A stretch of 63,422 nt of DNA, filler included, from Vannella sp. (lineage: Eukaryota): assembly GCA_023345925.1 (NCBI GenBank). It is 7 parts of 7 records of this genome, joined end to end, with 100 filler letters (N's around TTAATTAATTAA, not from the genome) between each part and the next. Parts side by side here need not be neighbours in the genome. Positions count along the whole stretch, not along the records: positions 5,815 to 14,332 come from JAJQQN010000924.1; positions 14,433 to 18,740 come from JAJQQN010001189.1; positions 18,841 to 31,537 come from JAJQQN010000427.1; 4 more parts are not named here. One strand, given 5' to 3'. Position 1 is the stretch's first letter. Each line of letters begins with the position of its first letter. The notes under the pieces are model-generated. The model searched no databases, was not told the DNA's origin, and saw only the letters and a program-made list of their open reading frames with translations. The position numbers and the translations under genes were made by a program. This document shows, in pieces, positions 10,998-22,671 of the stretch.

Positions 10998-13659
10998 TCA
11001 GTGGTAGGTCTCTTCCGCCACATTCCGAAGGACAATCTTCCGCGCACGGGAAATTCTTTCTGTGAATGCCGGTGCTTTGGCGGCGGCTAGCTCACCCTGA
11101 ACGACTAGAAGTACATTAATACACACTTCTGTGAGTATAAGAACCCTGTCTAGACTTACTCTTGTTTAACAGGAACTTGCGAAGGCTCCAAGGGTCCGTA
11201 AAGATGCCTTCCGGGGGTACTGGAGGGTCGAATGGGGGAACCCCATCAAGAGAAGACACGGCAACTCGGAAGGTTGTGTGGCCTTGAGCGTTTGTTTCCG
11301 ATGTGACCACGATGAAGATATGATTGAAGCGGGAGGCGATGAGAGTGGGAAGATAAGGGGTCGGGTCCTCTGAGAAGATGACAACAACAACATCATTTCC
11401 AACGTGCCTCTTCCGTTCTACTTGCTGACGGTTGTTGGCTGTATGAGGAAGGAAGGCAGCAACATGGAACATCAAGCATTTGTCTTCAAACTCAGTGTAA
11501 AGAGAGTTTCTCCCAGTTCCAAGGTTGGCTGACGTATCCAATCCTCCAGCGTATTTCTCCCACCCAAGAAGGTCAATTTGGTCCCCCAAAAGGCTGAGGA
11601 AGGCCTTGAACTCTGGGCTAAAGGTGGAATTGCTGAACATGTCCTCTTCGTCTCGATTGCCCTCTTGCCAGTTGAGTAAGCCAACCTTAAAGGTCTTTTG
11701 CTTTCGGATCTTTAAGAGTTCAAGCTGCTCAAACTCGAGAAGGTCTTGATCCAGTTTTCGAGGACAAGTGGCGAATGACTTGAACCGCAAAAGTGGATTG
11801 ATGAGTTGGAAGAGGCTCTGGGAGTCTTTGAGATCAAGTCGCTGGCTATTAGAGAGGCACTTACATCAAGTGTTGTTGTTTTCCCCCGAATCAATCCCGT
11901 ACGGAGTTGCGAAGAGGGAATGAGGATGCCTGTGGTGGTCTCTGCCGAACGGTAAAGAGCTCGAAGGAGCGTACTGTTCGGATTCCCTTCCTCCAGCTCT
12001 CTTCGAACAGATATGACAACATCACCCTCAGGCGCAACACGAGAAGCATAATTCGTGTGTTCCTGGTCATAAAAGAAGTCGCTGTACCACTCCCCAATCG
12101 AATCCTCCTCTCCAATCTCACTAAAAGATAAAGCTCTCCCTCGCCTAGAGCTTTCACTGCCATCTTCTAACCAGAGTCCGTTGCACTTACAGATGAGTGA
12201 GCGATGCTTTGGCGGGATCTTCTGTTCTTGGTCTGAATTCACAAATCTGGAAAGTGCCACGTGGGATGACTCTGACGCTCTGGCTGAGAGGGAAGGCCCC
12301 AAGTCACTATCACTGTTCTTTTTGATGTTCTGCATGGAAACGGACCGAGGCACCTCCGTGGGGGATGCCCACAACTCGGGAATGGGTTCTCCCGTCTCGC
12401 TGTCAACCTGGGGTGTTCCAGACTCCTTTCGTTCTCTCTCCTGGCGAGAGAGGTTATCACAGGAGATAGAGACGGTGTGAGAGAACAGTGTTGAGTTGTC
12501 CTTCTGGAGGTGAGTGGACTTGTGAAACTTCAAGCGGCCTTGGAGATCAGAGAAGAGCGGTACGATGGCTGAGCGGTGGAAGTTGGTCGACTCTCCCCTC
12601 TTCCTCCGCCTCTCGACGTGCTCGATGTGTGAGATATGGGTGGACGACTTCCGATGCATGTCAGCGGATCCTTTAAGCACCTTCCGGTAGCTCCTCCGGA
12701 CACTGGGAGATCCGGAAGATGGCGATTTAGGGGAGTTAGGCTCGCTCTCACTTCCAACAGGGGCCAAGCTCGAAGCAGCCAGAGCGTCTGCCTCTTTAGC
12801 CTTCTCTCGCTTCACTTGCTTGAGGATCTTGCTCTCCATGGTGACTGCTCGGAGCCTTTCTCGGAGGACAGAGAGCGGCAGAGCCTCTACTTCACTCTTC
12901 ACGAGGACACGTGGGAGATTGACGGATTGAGAGTTCGATCCGGAGGTTCCCAAGCGCATTCCTGTGATCTCCTCGTACTGAGACTGCATCTCCCTGATAG
13001 ACGCACGGGCTTCGATACTGGGGAGGAAGGGTGATGCTGCAGGACCTCGCTGAAGAGAGAGGACCGCTCGCAGCTCAACGCGATGATCAGACGGTGGCTG
13101 GACTGCATCCGCTAAATGGTGGCTCTGGAAAGTGGAGAGTCCTTTCCGTAAGTCCTCTGATCTCTCAGGGGTTCCCAGACCTCCCAGGAGCTGTAACGAC
13201 CAGGTTGAGGTAGAGCCGATGAGAGTCCGGCACAGATCAAGGACATCTGGGAGGAAGTTAGAGGTTTGCTGGTATAAGTACATTCTTACCCTTTCTTGTC
13301 CGATCGCGCTGATCCATGAGACCGAAGATCCTCCTCACAACGTCGAGAACCTGTTGTGAGAAGGAAGCTGCCTCCTGCGTCTCTGTGAGGGATCCGACAT
13401 GCTCACGCACGACAAACTGGCAAAAGTTAAGGAACATGTTGGAGTCACTAGCTGCGATAGAGAGGGGAGAGAGCGGAGCAGCCTGTCCGGAAGGATTTTG
13501 CAAGAATCGTAGCTCTTTCCTCAGAGTAGCGAGGTCCTCAATGTCCCTCTCAAGGTCCCCGCAGATACTGGAGAGGCTTTTAAGCGCGCCTTGGTCCCCC
13601 TCCAACAGAAGACAAGCCACATGCCCTTGTGCGTCTTCTGAGCCGCCACAGCCGCTCAT
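10998..13659 (-). CDS. Rap/Ran-GAP domain protein
   Basis: FKVGLL, MFHVA and QQVERKRHVGNDVVVVIF (Asn thumb); introns link ORFs 13258-13689, 11712-13283 and 11116-11790 plus a last exon ending TGA at 10998. Confidence 0.85.
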
Positions 13660-13741
13660 GAAGCGATGCGAATGGCTCCGAAACAACACACCCAGAAAAT
13701 CCAGTCAAACCAAGCAGTAATTTAATAAATAAGGTTGGTTT

Positions 13742-13886
13742 AACAAGTTAACACTTGTTTTCCTCATTTTGATCACGTGACCAAACTTTGAACGAAAGTT
13801 TCGGGCTGTAAATATCTCAAATTATCTTGAAATTGATTGGTTTAATCTCGATTTTGGGGCTCAGCCAACCGGATAGCAGTATAAAA
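13742..13886 (+). promoter_or_regulatory. Bidirectional promoter region (RapGAP/profilin) with E-box, CCAAT and TATA elements
   Basis: AACAAGT-N4-ACTTGTT inverted repeat at 13742-13759; TCACGTGA at 13773-13780; ATTGG near 13836; TATAAAA at 13880-13886, about 40 nt before the profilin ATG. Confidence 0.6.
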
Positions 13887-13926
13887 GCGAGAGTTGTTCT
13901 TCTCAAGCCACACTTTCCACCACACC

Positions 13927-14295
13927 ATGTCTTGGCAAGCATACGCTGACCGCATCACCCAGCAAGGAGTCACCGAGGCTGCTCTCTATGGTCTCGACAA
14001 CGGCGCCGAGTGGGCCAAGTCTACCAACAACAAGGCATCCGCTGCTGAGGCCCAAAAGTTGATTGCTCACCTCAACTCCAACGGAACCCAGAAGGTCTCT
14101 TATGGTGGAAAGGACTACATCACCCTCCGCAACACTGGTGATGTCTTCTACGGAAAGCTCGGTGCTGGTGGTATCACCGTCGCCAAGTCCGGAAAGACCA
14201 TCGTTGTCGGTGTCTACGACGAGAGCTGCCAGCCCGGCCAGTGCAACAAGGTTGTTGAGCAAATGGCTCAATACCTCGTCGAGAACGGCTATTAA
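13927..14295 (+). CDS. Profilin
   Basis: MSWQAY start, AALYGLD..WA, GGITVAKSGKTIVVGVYDE..QPGQCNKVVE.MAQYL...GY; biased codon usage; AATAAA at 14310-14315. Confidence 0.97.
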   Translation: MSWQAYADRITQQGVTEAALYGLDNGAEWAKSTNNKASAAEAQKLIAHLNSNGTQKVSYGGKDYITLRNTGDVFYGKLGAGGITVAKSGKTIVVGVYDESCQPGQCNKVVEQMAQYLVENGY

Positions 14296-14332
14296 TTTCG
14301 CCCTTTCCGAATAAATGCTGTCCACTGAACCT

Positions 14333-14432
14333 NNNNNNNNNNNNNNNNNNNNNNNNNNNNNNNNNNNNNNNNNNNNTTAATTAATTAANNNNNNNNNNNN
14401 NNNNNNNNNNNNNNNNNNNNNNNNNNNNNNNN
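14333..14432. other. Artificial contig linker
   Basis: N-TTAATTAATTAA-N, 100 nt. Confidence 0.98.
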
Positions 14433-16505
14433 AACGCTTTCGAGACTCTTTTGGAGTTGGATGCTGAGATTGACACTCGGGAAGAGCAAGCACGACATCT
14501 TAGCTTGGTTACCGGGAAGAGTTCGTGAGACTCTTCAATACGTGTCAGAGCAGCATCTCTGGTCTCGGTGGTGTCTGGTAGACTCTAACAGGAAATTGGT
14601 CAATGATTTGGCGCAAAATGAGGATAGATTGCGGGGTAGAGGTGTGCGACATCAAGTTGTCGGTGCACTGGTTCAGCAGACCTCCATAAGACCGAAGGGA
14701 TCCCAAGAATCGTCCAAACACGACCAAAGTGTGCTGAAATACTTCCTCCGAGGCTCCACCCTGGTCCATAAGTGCCTCCCACATCAGCTTCATTGGGGCA
14801 TTGACTGGTGACACCTTTTCGTCACAGCGCTCCGCAAACTCCCCAAGCATAGTCACAAATTCGTTGGTGTACTCCTTCACAGGTAGTTGAACCAGTTTGG
14901 CCATCAGATCCTCCAACAACTCATCTGAGAAGTTTGGCTCAAGGACCAGATCAGCAATGATTTGGAAAATAGCGCTCATTACTGGCTCGTCTTTGCCCAT
15001 GCAAGAACCCCAAAGAGCGTCGAGATGTTCGGTTGTTAACTTCCCATTGCTTGTGATGAACCTGAATAAGTCATTGGACCGCTTCAGTAGCTCTTGGTGC
15101 ATCTTTTCTCCAAACAGCTCATCTACAATCTTGTTCTCCTGTATCCATGAGAGGAGAGCACTAGAGCTAAGCCACTTGGTGGTTGGCATACGGGTATGCA
15201 CAGTGCTGGGATAGGAGTATCCCGATGGTCCATAGGTTGATTGAAAGGAACGTGTCGTCTCTTTCCGTGCCGCCATCTCGATGAGGCTGTTAATCACCTG
15301 CAAGCCTTGTAGACGCTTCTCAAGAGATGGAGAACCAAGGCATTTCAGAGAAACATCGAGTTGGAAGCGCTCAGTCACCTCTCCAACTTGCTCGCTCGGC
15401 ATCACATCCATCAAGATTGCACTCAAATGCTCAACAACAGACACCAGAGACGCCTTTGTAGTAGCCTTAAACTCTTCTGTCCCGTACCCAAGGATGCGAT
15501 CAAACACTGCCTCTTTCAGGTCAATCGCAAAAGTATCCAAGAAGGCACTCTTGAAACATTGTCGGATCTTGATGGAAGAGATTTGAGCAAGATAACCCCC
15601 ACAATGGACAAAAGGCTTACCTGTTCAATAGCTTTGAGGTAAAAGACTAAGGTATCCACTGAGCTTGAATTCGGAGTCACTAATGCGTTCCAGAATGTCC
15701 TTGAAGCCATCAATCTTCCCAAAGTGGTTGATAAGGTCCACCAACATGGCTGGTTTAGCGAGGTGCCTCTTGGGAAAGGTCAGAGTCCCACAAGAGAACA
15801 TTGGAGGGGATCCTTACAGGAGGAGAAGCAAACTCCCCTCTGTCTTCCTCTGCCAGCGGGGAATCAGCACTTGGGCTGAAGGCCACATCCTAGACGGCAT
15901 TGCGTTAACATCAGATGAGACAGACAAGGTCGGCATACCCCAGATTGCGTGTTGTGGGAGCCGCTCGTGTATCCTCCGCTCAAACGGTTGCGCCCCATGT
16001 AGAACTTGGCGTCCTCAGCGAATATCTCCACCAGTAACTGGAGCAGGACAGCGTGGTCCTCGTCGAGTCTCGTCACGATGAGAGTCAACACGTCACGCAG
16101 GAAGATGAAGCACATATCCCTCTCGTTCTGAAGGACGATCCTAGACCACACGGTGAGCGACTCCTTCCATGGACAGGAGGAGCAAAGAATAAAGCAGATT
16201 AATGGGTACAAGAGGGGAGAACAACACCCACCTCCGACGGAGAACGTTGCGAACGAGGAGCGGCAAGAGTTGCTTGTGAAAGTAAGAAACAACCTCTTCC
16301 TCTTCTTCAGAGACAGCGGTTTCATCCCGGTTGGCCAGCTCTCTACTCAGTAAGACGTATTCTTGGGCTTCATCGAGTATGATGTAAAACCGGTCCTCTT
16401 CAAGAGCGCATCAGCCCCCACACGCACAGGAAACACGCAACGCTCGAGTAACTCACCTGAAAAGGTTTGGCCCCACTTCTTGATCGCCTCCAAAGCCCGC
16501 GTCAT
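14433..16505 (-). CDS. USP9/USP24/USP34-like deubiquitinase, N-terminal region only (truncated at contig end; start uncertain)
   Basis: LKCLGSPSLEKRLQGLQVI, WIQENKIVDELFG..MHQELLKRS and LTTEHLDALW match the helical N-terminal region of this family; multi-exon; catalytic domain not in the window. Confidence 0.7.
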
Positions 16506-16632
16506 CGCTATTCCACTCAAAGAAGGCGCGAACAAGCAGGGAAAGGTCGACGACCTCCTTGAGGATCGATAAAATGGGTCCTAAAGGCCTCGATTCGATG
16601 TAATTCCGCTATTCAAAAGAGTTTATTTGCTC

Positions 16633-17169
16633 ATGGACACATGCACGTGCCCTTGCCCTCACTGCTCTTGGCAGAAGGCGTACGGGGCTTGGTATGGTGC
16701 TCGTGGGGGGCAAGGAATGGCCTCTGGATATCTATATGGAGGGAATCCTTATGGTGGCGTGGCCTCTGGAGTGCCTGCGGGGTGGGGAATGCCTGTTTGG
16801 CAAGCTCCAGCTCCTCTAGTAGAAAGGGCTCCTGCTCAAGAGGAGGCTTCTACAGAGGTAGAAGCTCCCTCTTTTGTTAGTTCTGAGCTGGTGTATCTAT
16901 TTGCGAACAGCACCCGACGAAAGCGGCGGAGGGAAGCAAGAGAACAAGAGAAACCACCCACCAAGAGAGGAAGGAGGGACTCCTCTCAGCCATTAGCAGA
17001 GGATGTCCCTGAAGAAGAGATCAGCACACAACAAAAGACTATGAAAACGGACTTTGGACCAGCAACAAGAGAGATCCGGTACTTGGAAGCCGCCATGGAT
17101 GCAAGAGATGACGAGAATGTCCGTCAGCGGAGGCCCATTGTCTGGCCAGAGGTTGCGGCACGTCATTAA
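16633..17169 (+). CDS. Gemin8-like protein (SMN complex)
   Basis: SSELVYLFANSTRRKRRR and MKTDFGPATREIRYLEAAM...RPIVWP resemble the Gemin8 motifs EELRQYFAETERHR and MKRLYG..AKIQAMEAA...PKYWP. Confidence 0.65.
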   Translation: MDTCTCPCPHCSWQKAYGAWYGARGGQGMASGYLYGGNPYGGVASGVPAGWGMPVWQAPAPLVERAPAQEEASTEVEAPSFVSSELVYLFANSTRRKRRREAREQEKPPTKRGRRDSSQPLAEDVPEEEISTQQKTMKTDFGPATREIRYLEAAMDARDDENVRQRRPIVWPEVAARH

Positions 17170-17178
17170 GAACCAAAT

Positions 17179-18700
17179 CTAACGTGACTTGAACTTTATG
17201 ATGTCCAGGAGGATCACAATCGTGCTCACCACCGCAATCACTAGCCCAAACGATATCACAAGCGCAGGAGCCACCTTTTGCTTCCAAGTAGTACCGGACG
17301 CTAACTCTTATCAGTAACAGCATAAAGGGTGATCCCATCAACTCACAGAAAGGTGCAAAACCGCCGGAAATATGAAAACCGCCGGAAAGAGCTGGTCATA
17401 GACCCCACCAGGCCAAAACCCAAACTGATAGAAGGAATCGCAACATTCAGTACCCAACAGAAAACCGCCGCGATGACAGTCTCCACCAGATATCGTCGAT
17501 AAGTGGGCAGCGTGATGTCTTGTTCGGGAGGAAGATCCGCGCTCTGCTCTCCAAAGATGGCTTGATACCCAAGTGTAAAGACTACAAAGTCAAAAGCCGT
17601 ACGGAAAGCGTAATTCATGAGCGGATAAGAGAGAGTGAGAGTCACAGCAACGCACAACCGGGCAATGGAAGCGACCCAATCGCCGATGGCAAAGTTGTTG
17701 AAAACGTTATCTTTGGTCCCTCCTTGGAAGCAGAGATACCCAAACGACCCATTCATGGAATACAAGAGGAAGCAAACGGAATAGGCCAGAGAAATCACTT
17801 TCCCCAGGCGCAAGTCAGTGGGATTGTCCAACTCGCTGAAGATGGGAACGGCTTGTGCATGGCAAGTTAAAGAGAATGTGATGATGGGAATGGCTTGGAA
17901 CACCTCCCACGACCAGTTCCACCAACGAACCTCACTCCACCCCAGAAACTCTCCATTGGCAAACGTTGAAATGGAGTTGGATACGACCAAGAACACGACT
18001 GTGAGGATGGACAGAAGAGATAGAACCGAAGTGTACCTCAAATTGTGAATGCTCTGAAGGCTGGATACTGGAACCATGAACTGGTTCCTGGAAGGTCAGT
18101 GGGCACATTTGGAAGGACGCTCACATCACCTACACAAGAGACAACGACAAGCGTGATGAATCCACGACGGGTAAAGAGACTGTCGCCGAAGAAGTGCTGG
18201 GCAATGGGGGAGATCATGTCTCCTGTGATGATGACGATGGCTACCATCGCTCCAAAGATCCCAATGAACAAGAAGAGACCCACTACAACTGCCAGGCGGT
18301 TGCCGAACACTGATCTCCAGAGCTTCTCGTACGAAATGGAGTCTTCGGGGGATGCCCTTCGACACGCTTGGCCAAGCCACTGCAATGTGAGAGAGCAGAC
18401 GAAGATCTGGAAGATGGTGATCAACAGGCCCAGCAACAAGCCAGTCTGTGAGTAGGCAAAGGGAAAGGCAAGGGTGAGTACCAGCTGCGTCAAGAGAAAA
18501 GTGAGCGAGAGAGCGAGCTCCTCGCCTCCCAACAAGGCCCACGTACCTCCAATGGCCGTGTTCGCGATGTTAAGCCCAGAGAAGATCGCCCCAGCTGGTT
18601 TGGGAGTCCCCACTGACGGACTCCCGCTCTCCCCCGTTGGTTCCGACAGGTCTATCGCTCCCTCCCCTCCCACAACCTTTGATTTGCTTCCGCCCAGCAT
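17179..18700 (-). CDS. SLC38/AAAP-family amino acid transporter with apparent frameshifts
   Basis: NTAIG, LAFPFA..TG, AIPIITFSLTCH, GYLCF and LSYPL motifs plus many TM segments; reading frame inconsistent near 18476, 17384 and 17296. Confidence 0.8.
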
Positions 18701-18740
18701 GCCAACAAGCCCACAAGTCGATCCCAACAACCACTGACAT

Positions 18741-18840
18741 NNNNNNNNNNNNNNNNNNNNNNNNNNNNNNNNNNNNNNNNNNNNTTAATTAATTAANNNN
18801 NNNNNNNNNNNNNNNNNNNNNNNNNNNNNNNNNNNNNNNN
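18741..18840. other. Artificial contig linker
   Basis: N-TTAATTAATTAA-N, 100 nt. Confidence 0.98.
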
Positions 18841-19050
18841 CGAAAACGGGGTTCACGCAGCGTGAACGGGGTGGATATGCTTGATACGGCCAGTTTCCTG
18901 TATGTTCCCGAAGACACCCGAAATCCTTAGCGGCTTTTAAAAACCAGCCTCGCTACCTTCCCTGAACCTGAACCTGATTAGATTTTCTGATCAAGATTCT
19001 TTGAGATATTTTTGGAACCAATCACACGACCGAAACCATTTTCTCCTGTC

Positions 19051-20001
19051 ATGTCTCTCGCTGGCGCCACGGACGAACTCAAACTCGATGCTCTGTCTTC
19101 GCAGTCGTACAAGAACCAAGGCGTTTGGTTCCTGAACGCATTCTGGAACACAGTGGCGGAGAAGGAGGCCGAGAACATCTGGACTTTCGTTCATCATTGC
19201 CAGGACTTGGACTTGCAACACAAAGAGCTTGGTTCACAGCTTGACGAGATGATGGCTCACCGCTTTTTGGAACTCATCCACACTACCCTGACTGTTCGCG
19301 AGATGCGCGAAGGCCTCCGAGCTGTTGGTATTGAGAAGGTCAAGCACGTCCCGCTTGTCAACTTCCTTATCTTCAAGTACAAGATCGACTGGCACAAGCT
19401 TGTGAATGCTTCGCAAGGAGACAATCAAGAGGAGGTCGAGAAGGCACAGAAGATGCTCGAAGATGTACTCAAGGCCTTTGCTCAGGTGAAGGAGACTGCT
19501 TCCAGCGCTGCCAAGGCTGAGATTGACGCAATCAATGCCGAGAATGCTTCCAAGCAAGCCCAAGCCGAACTTGAAGAGGCTCTTCAGCAGCTCCACGCGG
19601 AGGAATCGGCGTTCAACAACAAGAAGGCCGACTTGGAGAAGAAGTCTGAAGAGGGCGGTGTTGTTTCCCGTAACAAGGCAAAGGCCGAGCTTGCCCAGCT
19701 CCTTGCTGAGGATCCTCTTCCTCTTCGCCGAGCAAAGATCACCCAGGAAGCCGCTGTGAAGAAGGCTGAACGTGCCACTTTGGCTGCTGCTGATGCTGTC
19801 GCTGCGGCTAAGGATGCTCGCCTTGCTGCTGAGAATGCTGTCAAGGAAGCAGAGAAGCAGGTCGATGAGGCCCAAGCCTATCTTAACGAGATCAAGAGCA
19901 AGCCCGGAAGTGCGGCTGGAGCCTTGTGGTGGATTGACCGCGAACTGCACGAGCAGAAGAAGTACTTGCCCTCTTCCAAGGGTGGTATCAGCAAGAAGTA
20001 G
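19051..20001 (+). CDS. ABP34-like actin-bundling protein ('TolA-like' coiled-coil amoebozoan family)
   Basis: QGVWFLNAFW and C-terminal SAAGALWWIDRELHEQKK resemble Dictyostelium 34-kDa bundler motifs QAVHFLNAYW and SAGAIWWMNRDLEEKKK. Confidence 0.8.
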   Translation: MSLAGATDELKLDALSSQSYKNQGVWFLNAFWNTVAEKEAENIWTFVHHCQDLDLQHKELGSQLDEMMAHRFLELIHTTLTVREMREGLRAVGIEKVKHVPLVNFLIFKYKIDWHKLVNASQGDNQEEVEKAQKMLEDVLKAFAQVKETASSAAKAEIDAINAENASKQAQAELEEALQQLHAEESAFNNKKADLEKKSEEGGVVSRNKAKAELAQLLAEDPLPLRRAKITQEAAVKKAERATLAAADAVAAAKDARLAAENAVKEAEKQVDEAQAYLNEIKSKPGSAAGALWWIDRELHEQKKYLPSSKGGISKK

Positions 20002-20069
20002 ACCCTTAACACCCCTCCCTGTTGCCAGATAAACAAGAAAAGGAGTAATTCATTCAGAGCCACCAATAC

Positions 20070-21621
20070 TTAAGGCTTGGCGACCTTGCAGAAGCGACAG
20101 GAAGTGTACGAGGGCTTGTTAAACACGCCACACTCTTCTGCTGGACACAGCCAAGCATCCGGAGGACAATCTGACATCCAAGACACCCAGCTATTGTCCT
20201 TCATCGGGTCGTAGTAATCGGGGACCGTTCGGGGCGATGTAAAGGTTCCTGGATCTACGAACCATCAGACACCTCCACGGGATTCACCGAACTGAACCTA
20301 CAAAGCTGAAGGAGCACCCGGACTACTTGGGCAATGGTCTTGCAGTCATCCAATCCACTGTGATGGCGTCCCACAAAGTCCAAACCGAATGCTATGGATG
20401 ATGAGAGTGTTGCAGAGGCTGGGGAGAAGGGAAAGCTGTACCGTTGAGCATGATATACAATGGCGGGTCTCGGCGGGGGAAGGGAATCCAGGCATAGAAG
20501 TGGCGAAACTCTTCCCGAAGATCAAAGTAGCAAGTAAACCACCAATCTATCCATGTTGTGAGTCATACAGGGCCTTGTGGAAGGAGGACTGACCCAGATA
20601 GATGTTCTTCCGTTGAGCTTCTCGACGCAATTGAACTTGTAAGTCCCAGATAGAGTCTGTGACGATCCGAAAGTTGTTGGTCCCAAAAGGATACATGAAT
20701 TGATGCACGAAATCATCAAAGATAGCGACCGCTTGACGCAAAGGGACTCCATTCAAGCAATCCTCTTTCTTGATTCCAGTGAGACGGGTACAATAGTTGG
20801 TTATTCCGTCCATATAATCAGGCCGAACATAGATTTGGCGTTCGTAGACTATTTCTAGAGTCACTGTGTCCAAGACTACCCAGGGAAATTCAATTATCTC
20901 GCTGTTCTCCACAGTAACTAACGGTTGGGGCGAAAAGTCACATGTTGCTTCAAAGTCAATGATCACTAGGAACCGAGGGCGAGAGCCTTGGTAGACAGAA
21001 GAGAAGTGTGATAACGAACCCTTGAGATAAGTCAAAGGCTTTGAGATAGTGTCGGGAAGGACGAATCGGGGCGCACTCCGATTGGCAATCTTTGCCCGGA
21101 TGGAGCCGTTATCCTTGTCTACCCACGAGCAATAGACCTAACGAACAGTGGTGAGTCTCTTTGGGGACAGAGACGGTTAGAAGTTGGCCTACGTTAACGA
21201 TAGAGTTGACGGGGAAGTATTGTGCCGAGCTGCTGACACGTAGGTCAATGGGAACCGCACTAAGTGAGTTGGGAAAGCTATTCCAAGGCATTGTGGCTGG
21301 TAAAACATGGCGAGGGCCCTCCTTTGGGTGATCAGCAGCGGGAATGAGAGTCTCGTGCTCGGTGGACTGAGGCTCGAGAGGTGGCTGCTCGCTTGTATCA
21401 TACACAATCATATCTACAAGGAACCCCTCTTCTGTGTGATCTCTCACCACCGCCGTGTGCACCCGCTGATACAGAAGGAAGCGCCCATGAAGACCTCGAA
21501 CCAGTAAGAGCAGCGCCTCCTTCTCCGTTGGGGGCGTCCCCCCAATACTAAGCGCCCCCACACTCTCTGTCAGTTCGTCTGTTGGATCCTCTCCGCCGGG
21601 GTCGCCCTTCACCTCACTCAT
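20070..21621 (-). CDS. ERI1-family DEDDh 3'-5' exoribonuclease with C-terminal RanBP2-type zinc finger
   Basis: IDFEATC, EIIEFP, CTRLTGI, WDL and HHSGLDD; last exon WLCPAEECGVFNKPSYTSCRFC; multi-exon. Confidence 0.8.
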
Positions 21622-21677
21622 TTGAGTGGAGGAGGAGAGGAAATGCGCGGGAAACCGAGGAAGTGTCAGGAAATGCT

Positions 21678-22481
21678 CTATTTCTTGGAGAGTGCGTTCA
21701 GTAGACCCTTAGGCATCTTCCTTGTGTTCAAAACGAGTCGGAAAGTCAAAGAATAGCGCAATTGGCGGGGAATGGGACCTTCTTCAACGGCTAGGAGGAG
21801 TTTCTGCTGGCTTGCGGGTGTGAGGAGGGTGCTGTTAACCGGGAAGTTGGCAAGGGAGATGGGATCTGCTTCGCGCGGAGCCACTCCGTGGAGATAGTCG
21901 CGATAAACCGAGTCGGTCATGACCCACAGGCTTCGAGGCTCCATCCACACGGACTGGTGACCCACAGGCTCTCCGTTCTCGTCTCTTTGGAACACATCAA
22001 AGAGTAAACCACTCCCCACGTTGATCATAGCCACCACAGGATGATACAAAGGCCCATCTTCATGCGCCTAAGCTTGCTGAGTCATCCTTCTGGCTCTACA
22101 AAGAGCCCTTACCATGATACCTTGAGATGGAAGGTACTTGTTAACCAAAACATGATTGGGAACCGCGGGGAAGAGAGGGAGAGGCTCTACTTCCTCTCCA
22201 ACGCAGAGAAGGAGCTTCTCTTGGAGGCGGCGGCACCAATGAAGCAGCCAATCTGGTAAAGGCTCTTCAAGCATTGGACCATCCTTTCCCAGGCGACCAC
22301 CGGGTATCCCACCCCAGTTCTGAAGGGACCGATTGCTCAAGTTGGTCCATTTGGTACGAGGAGACCCTTCTATACTGCGAATGAGAGCTTCTTCTTCCTT
22401 CTCCGTTACGAACTCGCTGAGAAAGTACTGCGAAGGGACCTTTCCGATGGAGTACGAAGCCAACGATGTTGTTCCAGACAT
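21678..22481 (-). CDS. ALKBH6: AlkB homologue 6-like 2OG-Fe(II) dioxygenase
   Basis: NRSLQNWGG, NHVLVNKY..QGIM|AHEDGP, YLHG and RYSLTFR; one intron near 22067-22110. Confidence 0.88.
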
Positions 22482-22671
22482 CCTCCCTCCACTAAATGGT
22501 CTATTCAAGGCAGAGGAAGGTTTCTACTCCACTTCTACAGGCTTCAAACCATTCATAGTAGCCATGTGGATGAACTGAAGCAGGTTTAGCAGTCCAAAGC
22601 GACTCAAACTAGGAGATAAGGCGAAACAATGCACTGAAAGTACTTGTTCTCGACCCTTATTAAGGCGCACA

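Noticed and set aside
18851..18867. Perfect hairpin GTTCACGC-A-GCGTGAAC near a contig start
   Set aside because: A single short palindrome with no supporting context.
7995..19950. Long antisense ORFs (e.g. 7995-8825, 13903-14325, 19234-19950)
   Set aside because: Shadow frames of codon-biased genes on the opposite strand; no protein motifs.
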